Below are positions 1-9,775 of a DNA stretch of 56,841 nt, piece after piece. Each line of letters begins with the position of its first letter. Position 1 is the first letter of the stretch. The DNA comes from an uncultured Planctomycetia bacterium (GTDB taxonomy: Bacteria > Omnitrophota > Gorgyraeia > S143-82). The position numbers and the translations under genes are program-made. The DNA lies in the NCBI GenBank assembly GCA_964469495.1, contig CAYXYY010000030.1:76262-133102 (forward strand). The letters are read 5' to 3'. Under the pieces are notes generated by a model. That model saw only the letters and a program-made list of their open reading frames with translations. It had not been told where the DNA came from and did not search any database.

Positions 1-1177
1 CAAGAAAATGGCCTAATACGGTCTTTGCCTCGCCCTTATTAACGGCAAACTTTGAAATGGAGTGGTCTGTAAGCGTTGCAATATAGGCAGGTATAAACGT
101 CATAGTAAGCGCCCACGAAATCATTATTCCCAATGCAACAAATACGCCAAAGGTCTGAACAGGAGGGATAGGAGAAAAGGACAAAGAGAAAAAGCCTACC
201 GCAGACGTTAAAGAGGTATATAACATAGGCGTAAACAACTCCTCCATTATGTGCATAAGCGTCTTTTTCTTGTCATTGAAGTGTTTATACTTATCAAAAA
301 ATTCGCTCAATATATGTATGGAATTCAGAACGGATATGGGCATCAAAAATATCGGTATCATAGAAGTCATTATGTGGACTGGATATCCAAACAATATCAA
401 AAGCCCCATTGTTATGATTACTGTGATTATCGCCATTATAAGGGGCGCGACGATTAATTGAAGGCTCTTGAAGAAATACAACATCAACAAGAATATAATC
501 ACGGCCGCCAAAGGAGCCGATATCGCCATCTGCTTAAACATCTCAACGCCAAAGGTATCTTCTGCAACAGGAAGCCCTGTTATATAATAGCGCTCATTGC
601 CTTTGTATTTAGAAATAATCTTTTGGATTGCCTTTGAAACTTTATAACTTAGGTTTTTTGCCTTGATCGGCACATATATACACAAGGCCTTTCCGTCTTC
701 CGAGACCATTGTCCCATAAAACATAGGGTTATCCATAATCTCATTGCGAATACTATCTGCCTGAGCCTGAGTTGTTATCTTATCGTGCATAAGCCATTCA
801 AATACAACCGTGCCTATACCGCCCTGCCTGATGTTGTCTTTCATGCTCGGCGCTATTATTTCTCTTGATATAACCCCGTCTATCTTCTTAATCTCTTCCG
901 TGATATCGTACACCTTATTCAGCGTCTCCACATTAAACACGCCGTTTTCATTCTCGTTATTTACGACTCCCAATACAATAAAGTCATACAGGGCAAATTC
1001 TTTTTTCACCTTATGATGAAACACACGCACAAACTCATCCTTGCGAAGCATGTTTTCAGGGTCAGTATCAACCTTGACTTTCGGATAGAATAACAAGGAA
1101 CCGACAGCCATCAAAAAAACTGTCCCCAAAACCAGCCTCGGATGGCCAAAAGCAAACGAAATTATTCTCCTCCACAT
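1..1177 (-). CDS. MMPL/RND-family membrane transporter, N-terminal part (runs off the window edge; not in the ORF track)
   Basis: Manual translation from ATG at 1177 (GGGAGG upstream): MWRRIISFAFGHPRLVLG..TM..KVKVDTDPENML..periplasmic loop..ITGLPVAEDTFG, then several TM helices including SIHILSEF and TSLTSAVGFFSL. Open to position 1. Confidence 0.88.
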   Translation of the reverse strand, partial: MWRRIISFAFGHPRLVLGTVFLMAVGSLLFYPKVKVDTDPENMLRKDEFVRVFHHKVKKEFALYDFIVLGVVNNENENGVFNVETLNKVYDITEEIKKIDGVISREIIAPSMKDNIRQGGIGTVVFEWLMHDKITTQAQADSIRNEIMDNPMFYGTMVSEDGKALCIYVPIKAKNLSYKVSKAIQKIISKYKGNERYYITGLPVAEDTFGVEMFKQMAISAPLAAVIIFLLMLYFFKSLQLIVAPLIMAIITVIITMGLLILFGYPVHIMTSMIPIFLMPISVLNSIHILSEFFDKYKHFNDKKKTLMHIMEELFTPMLYTSLTSAVGFFSLSFSPIPPVQTFGVFVALGIMISWALTMTFIPAYIATLTDHSISKFAVNKGEAKTVLGHFL

Positions 1178-1277
1178 AAACGCCTCCCATATTTCCGACA
1201 TTAACTATGATGTTATTCTATCATATAAACAAAAATTTGTCGCAAAAAAAGTTAGGAGGTAAGAACTTTTCTTGAAA

Positions 1278-2666
1278 TCACAAATCCAGCTTAATGCACA
1301 GGTCTTTTGTCTGCCTGTCAGAGACTTGAGACGGAGCGCCGGTCAAGAGGCACTGCGCTTTTTGCGTCTTGGGAAAGGCTATCACGTCCCTTATGCTGTC
1401 TTCGCCGCACATAATAGCGACAAGCCTGTCCAGGCCAAAGGCTATTCCTGCATGTGGAGGGGCGCCATAGTGAAATGCCCGGATCAAAAACCCAAATTTC
1501 TGTTCTATCTCCTCTTTGGTCAATTGCAGTATGGAAAATATCTTTTCTTGAAGCTGTGGGTTATGAATTCTAACAGATCCGCTGCCCAACTCATTTCCGT
1601 TCAAAACCAAATCATACGACAATGACCTGACAGCGCTTAAATCCTCTCCATCTAGGAGTTTAATATCCTCGGGATTTGGCGCTGTAAACGGATGGTGTTC
1701 GCTGTCCCACCTTTTTTCTTCCTCATTATACTTAAATAACGGAAAGTCAACTACCCACAAAAAAGCAAAATCCTCACCCGTCTCTTTCCTTATATCGGGT
1801 TTGTCTGTTTTGTATTTTTCCATAGCCTCTTTGTACGATAGCCTCTTAAATGGTGTCTTGATCTCTATGCCCAAGGCATCTTTGAATACAGCGCTGATTA
1901 CTGCCTCTGACATCGCGAATATGTCTTCCTGATCAACAAAAGATGCCTCTATATCTATCTGAGTAAACTCAGGCTGTCTGTCAGCCCTGAGGTCCTCGTC
2001 GCGAAAACACCTTGCTATCTGAAAATACCTGTCTATCCCCGAAACCATAAAGAGCTGTTTAAACAACTGTGGCGATTGTGGCAGGGCATAAAACTTGCCG
2101 GGATTGACCCTTGAAGGCACAAGATAGTCCCTTGCCCCCTCAGGAGTGGATTTCGTCAAAAACGGGGTCTCCAGTTCCAGATATCCCATATCCGAAAGCG
2201 CCCTTCTGACAGATTGCATCACCTTGTGCTTTATTATCATATTCCTCTTTAAACGCTCCTGCCTAAGGTCTATATACCTGAAGCGCAGGCGCACGTCCTC
2301 CCCGGGTTCTGTGTCGCCATCTACTTCAAACGGCAGATCATGAGCCTCATTTAAGATCTCTATGTCTTTGGCAAGCATCTCTATCTTGCCTGTGATAAGC
2401 TTCGGGTTCTCCGTGCCTTTTGGCCTTTGGTTTATAATACCTTTGATTGCAACCACGTACTCTCCCCTGCACTGCTTTGCCAATTCGCTGTTTTCACATT
2501 CCTTTGGCACCACTACCACCTGAAGCAACCCCCACCTGTCGCGCAGGTCAAAAAACGTAATCTTGCCATGGTCGCGCCTGCGGTGAATCCACCCGCAAAC
2601 AACCACTTCTGAACCTATCTCAACATCTGCCAACTGCTCTGTGGTATGTGTTCGTTTCAGCCTCAT
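1278..2666 (-). CDS. aspS: Aspartate-tRNA ligase, bacterial type, short form without the GAD insertion; probably non-discriminating
   Basis: OB-fold RRDHG..FFDLRD, motif 2 FRDEDLRADRQPEFTQID, motif 3 GAPPHAGIAFGLDR; 462 aa. Confidence 0.96.
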   Translation of the reverse strand: MRLKRTHTTEQLADVEIGSEVVVCGWIHRRRDHGKITFFDLRDRWGLLQVVVVPKECENSELAKQCRGEYVVAIKGIINQRPKGTENPKLITGKIEMLAKDIEILNEAHDLPFEVDGDTEPGEDVRLRFRYIDLRQERLKRNMIIKHKVMQSVRRALSDMGYLELETPFLTKSTPEGARDYLVPSRVNPGKFYALPQSPQLFKQLFMVSGIDRYFQIARCFRDEDLRADRQPEFTQIDIEASFVDQEDIFAMSEAVISAVFKDALGIEIKTPFKRLSYKEAMEKYKTDKPDIRKETGEDFAFLWVVDFPLFKYNEEEKRWDSEHHPFTAPNPEDIKLLDGEDLSAVRSLSYDLVLNGNELGSGSVRIHNPQLQEKIFSILQLTKEEIEQKFGFLIRAFHYGAPPHAGIAFGLDRLVAIMCGEDSIRDVIAFPKTQKAQCLLTGAPSQVSDRQTKDLCIKLDL

Positions 2667-2676
2667 AAATTCCTCC

Positions 2677-4668
2677 TTATTGCGCCCTTACCTGCAAACC
2701 ATCGGTCTTTGACAAGGCGCTTAAAACCGATTGAAATCCATCGCCAGCCTCCTCCGCAGTCAGGGTCCTGTCTTTTGCCCTGAAAAACAGCCTAAAGGCA
2801 TAGCTCGTTTTGTCCTTTGTCTTGCTATATACATCCACCAGTTCTATCTTTTCAAGATATTCACCGGCGTTCTTTTCTATAATGTCAACTATCTGCTGAT
2901 AAGACGCCTTCGCTATATCTACCCACATACTCACGTCGAATTCAACTGCGGGAAATAAATTGGCCGGCGCATATTTTCGGCTGACTTGTTTTTTCCACTG
3001 TTCAAATACCGAATCAAGTTTTAGGCACAAAAACGCGGCCTCGGCCTTGATTCCAAAGGCCTTTTTCATCGCATCATCTGCAAAACCTATTGCTCCAAAC
3101 CCGGAAATTTCTATCTTGCCGTCCGGCCTGTTTTTGCCTATCTCCACAGGCATTTTTAGAATATCTTGAGACAAGACATCTATGGCAAACCTGATCTTTT
3201 TATAGGCATCTTGTTTCTTCTTTCCCGTAGCGCATAGGCCTAACCTTAACTTTTCCGAATCCTTAAAATCAGGAGATAACGATTGGGATATCTCGTATAA
3301 AAACACATCGCTATGCCCTCTCTTGATATTCCTGCCGGCCGACGATAACAAGCCCGGCACAGGCCCAAGCCTCAAAAATCTATATTCGTTGCTAATGGTA
3401 TTTTCTACCTCTAATAGGGGTTTTTCCTGATAAAATGCCTGTTTTTCCTTTTCCGAAATCAAGGAAAACGTAATTGCCTCATACGCGCCTACGGCCTGCA
3501 TAGCGCTATGAACCTGCGATAGAAATTCCGTGTGCTTGTCAGAAATCCCACGGATGCTGTTTGCGCCTATCTTTGGAAACTCAACAGGCACGTTATCATA
3601 CCCGTATATACGCAAGACCTCCTCTATGATGTCCTCTTTTATGGCTATATCCAAACGGAAACTAGGCACATCTATCACAAAAGACCCGTTTTGCGACTTT
3701 ACGGCAAAACCCAGGCCTTGCAATATCTGCGATACCTCTTTTTCAGGGATATCTATCGCGCTTATGTCCCGTATATCCTTTCCCGTCAATTCAACAACGC
3801 GTTTTTCTATGGCAATCTCCCCGCAAGACACCCTGCCTTTTATCTTTCCGCCTGCAAGTTTACTCATCAAATACGCCGCGTACAATCCCGCCATATCCAC
3901 TGCTCTTGGATCAATACCCCTCTCAAACCTATAAGATGCGTCTGTATTAACCGCCAAACGCTGGCGCGTCTTGCGAATGTCTATTCTGGGAAACCTTGCG
4001 CTTTCCAAGACAACATTTACAGTATCCTCTCCGACTTCAGAGTTTGCCCCGCCGATAACACCGGCTATGGCAATCGCCTTTTTCTCATCCGCTATCACGA
4101 TATCCGATGAGGCCAGCATCCTTTCCTCTCCGTCCAACGAGACTATCTTCTCGCCATCACCAGCGCGCCTGACAACAATCTTTCGTCCGGATATCTTTTC
4201 CCTGTCAAAGGCATGAAGCGGCTGTCCGAACAAAAGCATACAATAATTCGTGATATCCACGATGTTGTTAATAGGCCTAAGCCCGCTTGATTGAAGCCTC
4301 TCAACAAGCCAGTCCGGAGACGGGCCAACCTTAATGCCTTCTATCTCTATTGCAAGATAATATTCCGCGCAGGAATCCTCTATATCAACGGATATATCGC
4401 AGCCACTTTCTATTTGCGGAGCGTCTTTTATCAATGCCTTTACATCAGGCGCGGGACGGCGTTCTATTGCGCATATCTCCCGGGCAACGCCCAACATGCT
4501 CAGCCAATCACTACGGTTGCTCGTAATCTCAGCCTCAAAGATAACGTCTGCGGCAGATTGTTCAATAGATACCACTTCCAATCCGGCAAACGTCAATGCC
4601 CGAGCCATTTGCTCATAAGGCATCTTTGAACCTGACAACTCTTTTAGCCAATTATACGATATATTCAT
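2677..4668 (-). CDS. pheT: Phenylalanine-tRNA ligase beta subunit, short form
   Basis: MNISYNWLKE start, ITSNRSDWLSMLGVARE, RPINNIVDITNY, DASYRFERG, C-terminal FDX-ACB domain; directly downstream of pheS. Confidence 0.95.
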   Translation of the reverse strand: MNISYNWLKELSGSKMPYEQMARALTFAGLEVVSIEQSAADVIFEAEITSNRSDWLSMLGVAREICAIERRPAPDVKALIKDAPQIESGCDISVDIEDSCAEYYLAIEIEGIKVGPSPDWLVERLQSSGLRPINNIVDITNYCMLLFGQPLHAFDREKISGRKIVVRRAGDGEKIVSLDGEERMLASSDIVIADEKKAIAIAGVIGGANSEVGEDTVNVVLESARFPRIDIRKTRQRLAVNTDASYRFERGIDPRAVDMAGLYAAYLMSKLAGGKIKGRVSCGEIAIEKRVVELTGKDIRDISAIDIPEKEVSQILQGLGFAVKSQNGSFVIDVPSFRLDIAIKEDIIEEVLRIYGYDNVPVEFPKIGANSIRGISDKHTEFLSQVHSAMQAVGAYEAITFSLISEKEKQAFYQEKPLLEVENTISNEYRFLRLGPVPGLLSSAGRNIKRGHSDVFLYEISQSLSPDFKDSEKLRLGLCATGKKKQDAYKKIRFAIDVLSQDILKMPVEIGKNRPDGKIEISGFGAIGFADDAMKKAFGIKAEAAFLCLKLDSVFEQWKKQVSRKYAPANLFPAVEFDVSMWVDIAKASYQQIVDIIEKNAGEYLEKIELVDVYSKTKDKTSYAFRLFFRAKDRTLTAEEAGDGFQSVLSALSKTDGLQVRAQ

Positions 4669-4677
4669 AATCCCTTA

Positions 4678-5718
4678 TCAAAACTGTTTTAGAAAATCCA
4701 TTTCATTGTTATAAAACAATCTGATATCCGGTATGCCATATTTAAGCATACACAGACGTTCCACTCCCATACCAAAGGCAAAACCCTTCTTGCCCTGATA
4801 ATCCTTGCCTAACGCATTCAAGACATTGGGATGAATCATACCGCATCCCAAGACCTCAATCCACCCGCTCTGTTTACAAGCCGAGCACCCCGCGCCATCA
4901 CACAAAAGGCAAGAGATGTCCACTTCAGCAGACGGTTCTGTAAACGGAAAATAATGCGGCCTAAACCTTATGTCCACCTCTTTTTCAAAGAATCTCCTGC
5001 TAAATTCCAGCAACACGCCTTTTAATTGGCCGAAGCGAACGTCATCATCCACATAAAACCCCTCAACCTGATGAAACATAAATGAATGAGATGCATCAAC
5101 AGCATCCGGCCTATACACCCTGCCCGGGACAATCGCCGCCAACGGCGGGGCAAATTCTTTCATAATCCTGACCTGCATAGGGGAGGTATGACTCCTCAAC
5201 AAATACCTGCCAAGCTCGTCATTCGGAAATTCCGTCTTTATATAAAAGGTATCAAAGTCATCTCTTGAAGGATGCGATATATCTATGTTAAGGCCTGAAA
5301 AATTATTGTATTCCCTTTCTATCTCCGGGCCTGTGAAAAGGGCAAAACCCATTGACGTGAAAATGCTTACAATCCTATTTTGGACTTGGGAAAGGATATG
5401 AGCCCTGCCCGGGGCAGGCCTTATCTCAGACGGCAAAGACAAGTCAAAGTCAATAGATTCTCCGGACGGAGAAGATAATCGCGCGTTTTTTATAAAAGCT
5501 TCTATCTTGGCCTTTACTTCGTTTAACTGCCTGCCAAGCTGGCGTTTCTCATCATCCGGCAGGCCTTTCATTAAAGAGTAAAGGGGCTTTAAAAGCCCCT
5601 TTTTGCCTAAAAACCTAATACGTATGGATTCAACATCCTTTGCAGAAAGGGAACTCTGCGCCTTTGTAGCGCGTTCAAATTCCTCAATTACCTTTGAGAG
5701 TTCCTCTTTCCAAGACAT
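4678..5718 (-). CDS. pheS: Phenylalanine-tRNA ligase alpha subunit
   Basis: HPSRDDFDTFY, LRSHTSPMQ, FHQVEG, FPFTEPSAEVD, GFAFGMGVERL. Confidence 0.97.
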   Translation of the reverse strand: MSWKEELSKVIEEFERATKAQSSLSAKDVESIRIRFLGKKGLLKPLYSLMKGLPDDEKRQLGRQLNEVKAKIEAFIKNARLSSPSGESIDFDLSLPSEIRPAPGRAHILSQVQNRIVSIFTSMGFALFTGPEIEREYNNFSGLNIDISHPSRDDFDTFYIKTEFPNDELGRYLLRSHTSPMQVRIMKEFAPPLAAIVPGRVYRPDAVDASHSFMFHQVEGFYVDDDVRFGQLKGVLLEFSRRFFEKEVDIRFRPHYFPFTEPSAEVDISCLLCDGAGCSACKQSGWIEVLGCGMIHPNVLNALGKDYQGKKGFAFGMGVERLCMLKYGIPDIRLFYNNEMDFLKQF

Positions 5719-5720
5719 TA

Positions 5721-6068
5721 TTATTCTTGATTTGCCAATTCAACCAGCTGGGCAAAATCGTCAGGATGGCGCACTGCAAGGTCAGCCAGAATCTTTCTGT
5801 CTATACCTATATTCTTCTTTTTTAACGCACCCAAAAACTTGCTATAAGAAGTCCCCAATGCCTTACAAGCGGCGCTAATACGCACAATCCAAAGCCCGCG
5901 CATAGTCCTCTTCTTGGCGCGCCTATCCCTGTATGCATAGGCAAGCGCACGCATCACCGTTTCATGCACCCTGCGGTAATGGCGTTTTCTAGCCCCCCAA
6001 TAACCTTTGGCCATTTTGCGCCATTTATTATGCCGCGCCCTTTTTGTAACAGCTGTCTTTATGCGCAT
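5721..6068 (-). CDS. rplT: 50S ribosomal protein L20
   Basis: AKGYWGAR, AYAYRDRRAKKRTMRGLWIVRISAA, IDRKILADLA; SD AAGGAG upstream. Confidence 0.97.
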   Translation of the reverse strand: MRIKTAVTKRARHNKWRKMAKGYWGARKRHYRRVHETVMRALAYAYRDRRAKKRTMRGLWIVRISAACKALGTSYSKFLGALKKKNIGIDRKILADLAVRHPDDFAQLVELANQE

Positions 6069-6124
6069 AAAAACTCCTTTACCTTACGTCTCAAATACAC
6101 ACAACTTCCCATTTAAAGAGTGTG

Positions 6125-6153
6125 ATTTTAACACAAAGAACAGGCTTATGCAA
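6125..6153 (-). promoter_or_regulatory. Sigma70-type promoter of the rplT-pheS-pheT-aspS operon
   Basis: Minus strand TTGCAT-17 nt-TAAAAT with TG extended -10, about 55 nt before the rplT ATG. Confidence 0.6.
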
Positions 6154-6186
6154 ATACAATTTTCCCATACAAATCAGGAAAAATAT

Positions 6187-6215
6187 TTGACATATAATAG
6201 GATATATGTTTTAAT
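6187..6215 (+). promoter_or_regulatory. Sigma70-type promoter of the gspC-like gene
   Basis: TTGACA (6187-6192)-17 nt-TTTAAT (6210-6215). Confidence 0.55.
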
Positions 6216-6224
6216 ACAGGTGTT

Positions 6225-6869
6225 ATGAAGGGGCGTATTTTATTAATTATAACTGCCATTTGTGGTTTGGTTATCAGCGTCTTTGCCCAAGAGCCAAACA
6301 CACAACAATTTAGATTTATTGTTTTGGGAACTCTCGTGGGGAATAACGGCTCACAAAGTTCTTTTGCTGTGCTTTACGACATAGAAAACAACAAACAAAA
6401 CATCTTTTCTCAAGGCTCAGAGATTAACAGCTGGACAATAAAATCTATTTCCCGCGGCCGTGTGGTATTTGAGAAAAACGGAGAAAGAAAGGTCGTTGAG
6501 CTTCCGCCTGAACCAGAAAAAAAGGCCTTTATTCCTATAAATAAAAAGGAACAGGTCATAAACCGTATTGCATTTTCTAAAAACTATCCGGATCTTAATT
6601 CCCTGTTGCAGGCTGTTTCTGTTTCTCCTTATATAGAAAATGGCCAATTAATCGGATTACAAGTGGATTCTATTGATAGAAAACTTAGCAAGATGAGCTG
6701 GATACGCGAAGGCGATATTATAATGGAGGTAAACAACAAAAAGATAGACAGCCTTTCTAAATTTCTGGAACTATACGAGGTCATTAAGAACGAACCGAAG
6801 GTAATTGTTAAAATCAAACGAGGGCCCAAAACCTTGTCTTATACGTATCACATGAATTGGGATATGTGA
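6225..6869 (+). CDS. Type II secretion system protein C-like (TM anchor, HR domain, C-terminal PDZ)
   Basis: N-terminal hydrophobic helix, VLGTLVG..FAVL..IFSQGSEI..IKSISRGRVVFEKNGER (HR-like), PDZ-like IREGDIIMEVNNKKI..VKIKRG. Confidence 0.72.
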   Translation: MKGRILLIITAICGLVISVFAQEPNTQQFRFIVLGTLVGNNGSQSSFAVLYDIENNKQNIFSQGSEINSWTIKSISRGRVVFEKNGERKVVELPPEPEKKAFIPINKKEQVINRIAFSKNYPDLNSLLQAVSVSPYIENGQLIGLQVDSIDRKLSKMSWIREGDIIMEVNNKKIDSLSKFLELYEVIKNEPKVIVKIKRGPKTLSYTYHMNWDM

Positions 6870-6874
6870 TTTTC

Positions 6875-9772
6875 TTATAATCCCTGTCTTAGAGAGTTAT
6901 TGAATCTTTCGCTTAAAACATCTAGTGGGAGATTAATACAGACATCTCCTTCTAGGCCTATCATTTTGAAATTGCCTTTTAACGTCTTACCAATAAACTC
7001 AACAGGGATGTCCTCAAATATGGCCTCAAACCTCTGTTGATTTTCCGGGCTGACCTCAACAATAAATCGCCCAGGGTGTTCTGCAAATAATATAGCTTCC
7101 AATGTTTTCCTGCCGTCAAAAGCAACGTTGGAAGTAAAGACTTCAACCCCTATTCCGGAGCCTATGCTCATCTCAGCCAATGCAACGGCCAAACCCCCAT
7201 CTGATATATCGTGGCACGATAGGACAATACCTTGTCTCATCGCCTGATGTAATGCATTAAACAACTGCATATCCTGCTTTGGATTTAAGCCGGGAAGGAA
7301 ATTGCCCAATACATTATAAAGGGCTAAGAATTCAGACCCGCCTAACTCTTCTCCGACAAGGCCTATATGATACAACAAAGACCCTTCTTTGACAAATGAA
7401 CTGCCCACAACGTTAGATATATCCTCCACCAAGCCAATGGAAGATATCAACAACGTCCCGGGTATAGGCAACGGCCCCTGACTGTTGTCAACTACATATT
7501 CATTATACAAGCTGTCCTTTCCGGATATAAATGGCGCGCCATAAGCAACTGCAAAGTCATAACATCCCTTTGCCGCTCTAACAAGGCCTCCTAATCTATC
7601 AGGCCTCTCTGGATTGCCCCAACAAAAATTATCCAACAAGGCAATCCTATCGGGCCTGGCTCCAACAGCCACCAACTGGCGAATCGCCTCATTGATGCAT
7701 AAACCCGCCATAACATACGGATCAATCTTTCCATAACGCGGATTAATCCCGCAAGAAATAGCTATACCCTTTTTAGACGAAAGAATAGGCCTTACAACAG
7801 CTGAATCCGAGGGCCCGTTATGAGTCTTTCCAGCCAAAGGCTTTAACACACTGCCCCCCTGAACCTCATGATCATACTGGCGAATGATCCACTCCTTTGA
7901 GGTTATGTTATACGAACTCAATAAGTTCAACAACGTCTTTTCATAGGATTCCTTGCCATCCAAAGATACATTCGGAAAATCCTGCTTTTTCCACACCCAA
8001 ACAGCCTCTCTTGAAGGAATAGGCGCGCCATTATGCAGAAAATTCATATCCAGATTAAGGACTTCATTACCGTTGTAAAACAAGACCAGCTTTCTGTCAT
8101 TCGTAAACCGGCCTATAACCGCAGACTCCACATCCTGCTCCTCAAAGGCCTTAATCAATTCGTCTAAGTGTTTCGGTTTTACGGCCAAGACCATTCTCTC
8201 TTGAGATTCCGATATCCATATCTCAGTATAAGAAAGCCCTGAATATTTTAAAGGCACCTTTTCCAGCTCAACAACAGCTCCTGTCTCCGCGCCCATTTCA
8301 CCCACTGCAGAAGAAAGCCCCCCTGCACCGCAGTCGGTAATCGCCCTGTACCATCCCTTATCGCGAATATGCATCAACACATCCATAACCTTCTTTTCTT
8401 CTATAGGATTGCCTATCTGCACGGCAGAAGCGCACATCGTATGCGTCTCATGCCCCAGATCAGCAGAAGAAAATGTAGCCCCGTGTATGCCGTCTCTCCC
8501 GGTCCTGCCTCCGACAACCACAATAATATCTCCCGGCAAGACGTGTTTTTCAACCGCTGTTTTGGGCATAATACCGGCCGTGCCGCAAAACACCAACGGG
8601 TTGGCAACAAATTCCCTGTCAAACACAACAGCCCCATTTACCGTTGGTATGCCCATCTTGTTGCCGTAATCTTTCACTCCGGAGACAACGCCTTTTATTA
8701 TCCTTTTGGGAGCGATAACATTTTTGGGAACCTCTTCCAAATCAGGCGGGGCAAAACAAAACACATCCGTATTGGCAACCGGCATAGCCCCAAGCCCGCA
8801 ACCCAATACGTCCCTAATAACACCGCCTAATCCGGTATTGGCTCCGCCGAAAGGCTCCAAAGCCGAAGGATGATTGTGCGTTTCAACCTTAAAACACACT
8901 CCATTATCATCATCAAATTCTATCACACCCGCATTGTCCTTAAACACAGACAAACACCAAGCTTTATTCAAATCATTCGTGGACTTCATTATATAGGACT
9001 TAAACAATGACTTTATATCCTCTTCCTTGATGGTCTTGTTTTCCTCATCCATTTCTTTATAACGGATATGCGCCTTAAATGTCTTATGGACACAGTGTTC
9101 TGACCAAGTCTGGGCAAGTGTTTCCAATTCCACATCCGTCGGATTTCTGCCCTGCTTTTCAAAATAGGCCTTTATAGAACGCATCTCTTCAAGACTCAGA
9201 GACAACATCATCTTGGAGCTTGTTTCTTTAAGTTCATCGTCGTTCATATCCAACAAAGGAACAACGATCTTTTCAAACTCATAAACAGGGGATTCAAAAC
9301 CAAAGATATCCGCGCATTGCTCATAATAAACAGTCTCTATCAATGGATTGAAAAGCAGTTTTTCCGCGCAAATGGAAAGACTTTTTCTGTCCATATCAGC
9401 AAAGAAAAACCTTCTGCCTGTCCCGACAAAATCCGGCTCAATCTTAAACTCTTCTCTCAGCGCTCGGGCAATAGTCATTGCCTGACTATCCATTACGCCC
9501 GGCAAAAAGGTTATTTCAACACAGCCATCCATTCCAAAAGAAGACTGTCCGGGCTCTAATACAAAAAACTCCTCTGAAACAGGATCTGCCAAGACATCTC
9601 TTGCAAAGGCCTCAACCTCATGCTTAGACAAATCACAATCCATATACACCACCCGGGCAGACTTCACCTCTTTAGGCTCGTTTAAACCAATAAAATTAAT
9701 TTCCTGAATCAGAGAGAAATCTTCGCTTGGTTTAAAATCCGGCTTCTTGAGAATCTCTATCCTGTACTTCAT
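6875..9772 (-). CDS. purL: Phosphoribosylformylglycinamidine synthase PurL with N-terminal PurS-like extension (no glutaminase domain)
   Basis: AQTWSEHCVHKTF, FKVETHNHPSALEPFGGANTGLGGVIRD, DCGAGGLSS, SESQERM, ISGKDS; 965 aa. Confidence 0.95.
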   Translation of the reverse strand: MKYRIEILKKPDFKPSEDFSLIQEINFIGLNEPKEVKSARVVYMDCDLSKHEVEAFARDVLADPVSEEFFVLEPGQSSFGMDGCVEITFLPGVMDSQAMTIARALREEFKIEPDFVGTGRRFFFADMDRKSLSICAEKLLFNPLIETVYYEQCADIFGFESPVYEFEKIVVPLLDMNDDELKETSSKMMLSLSLEEMRSIKAYFEKQGRNPTDVELETLAQTWSEHCVHKTFKAHIRYKEMDEENKTIKEEDIKSLFKSYIMKSTNDLNKAWCLSVFKDNAGVIEFDDDNGVCFKVETHNHPSALEPFGGANTGLGGVIRDVLGCGLGAMPVANTDVFCFAPPDLEEVPKNVIAPKRIIKGVVSGVKDYGNKMGIPTVNGAVVFDREFVANPLVFCGTAGIMPKTAVEKHVLPGDIIVVVGGRTGRDGIHGATFSSADLGHETHTMCASAVQIGNPIEEKKVMDVLMHIRDKGWYRAITDCGAGGLSSAVGEMGAETGAVVELEKVPLKYSGLSYTEIWISESQERMVLAVKPKHLDELIKAFEEQDVESAVIGRFTNDRKLVLFYNGNEVLNLDMNFLHNGAPIPSREAVWVWKKQDFPNVSLDGKESYEKTLLNLLSSYNITSKEWIIRQYDHEVQGGSVLKPLAGKTHNGPSDSAVVRPILSSKKGIAISCGINPRYGKIDPYVMAGLCINEAIRQLVAVGARPDRIALLDNFCWGNPERPDRLGGLVRAAKGCYDFAVAYGAPFISGKDSLYNEYVVDNSQGPLPIPGTLLISSIGLVEDISNVVGSSFVKEGSLLYHIGLVGEELGGSEFLALYNVLGNFLPGLNPKQDMQLFNALHQAMRQGIVLSCHDISDGGLAVALAEMSIGSGIGVEVFTSNVAFDGRKTLEAILFAEHPGRFIVEVSPENQQRFEAIFEDIPVEFIGKTLKGNFKMIGLEGDVCINLPLDVLSERFNNSLRQGL

Positions 9773-9775
9773 TGT

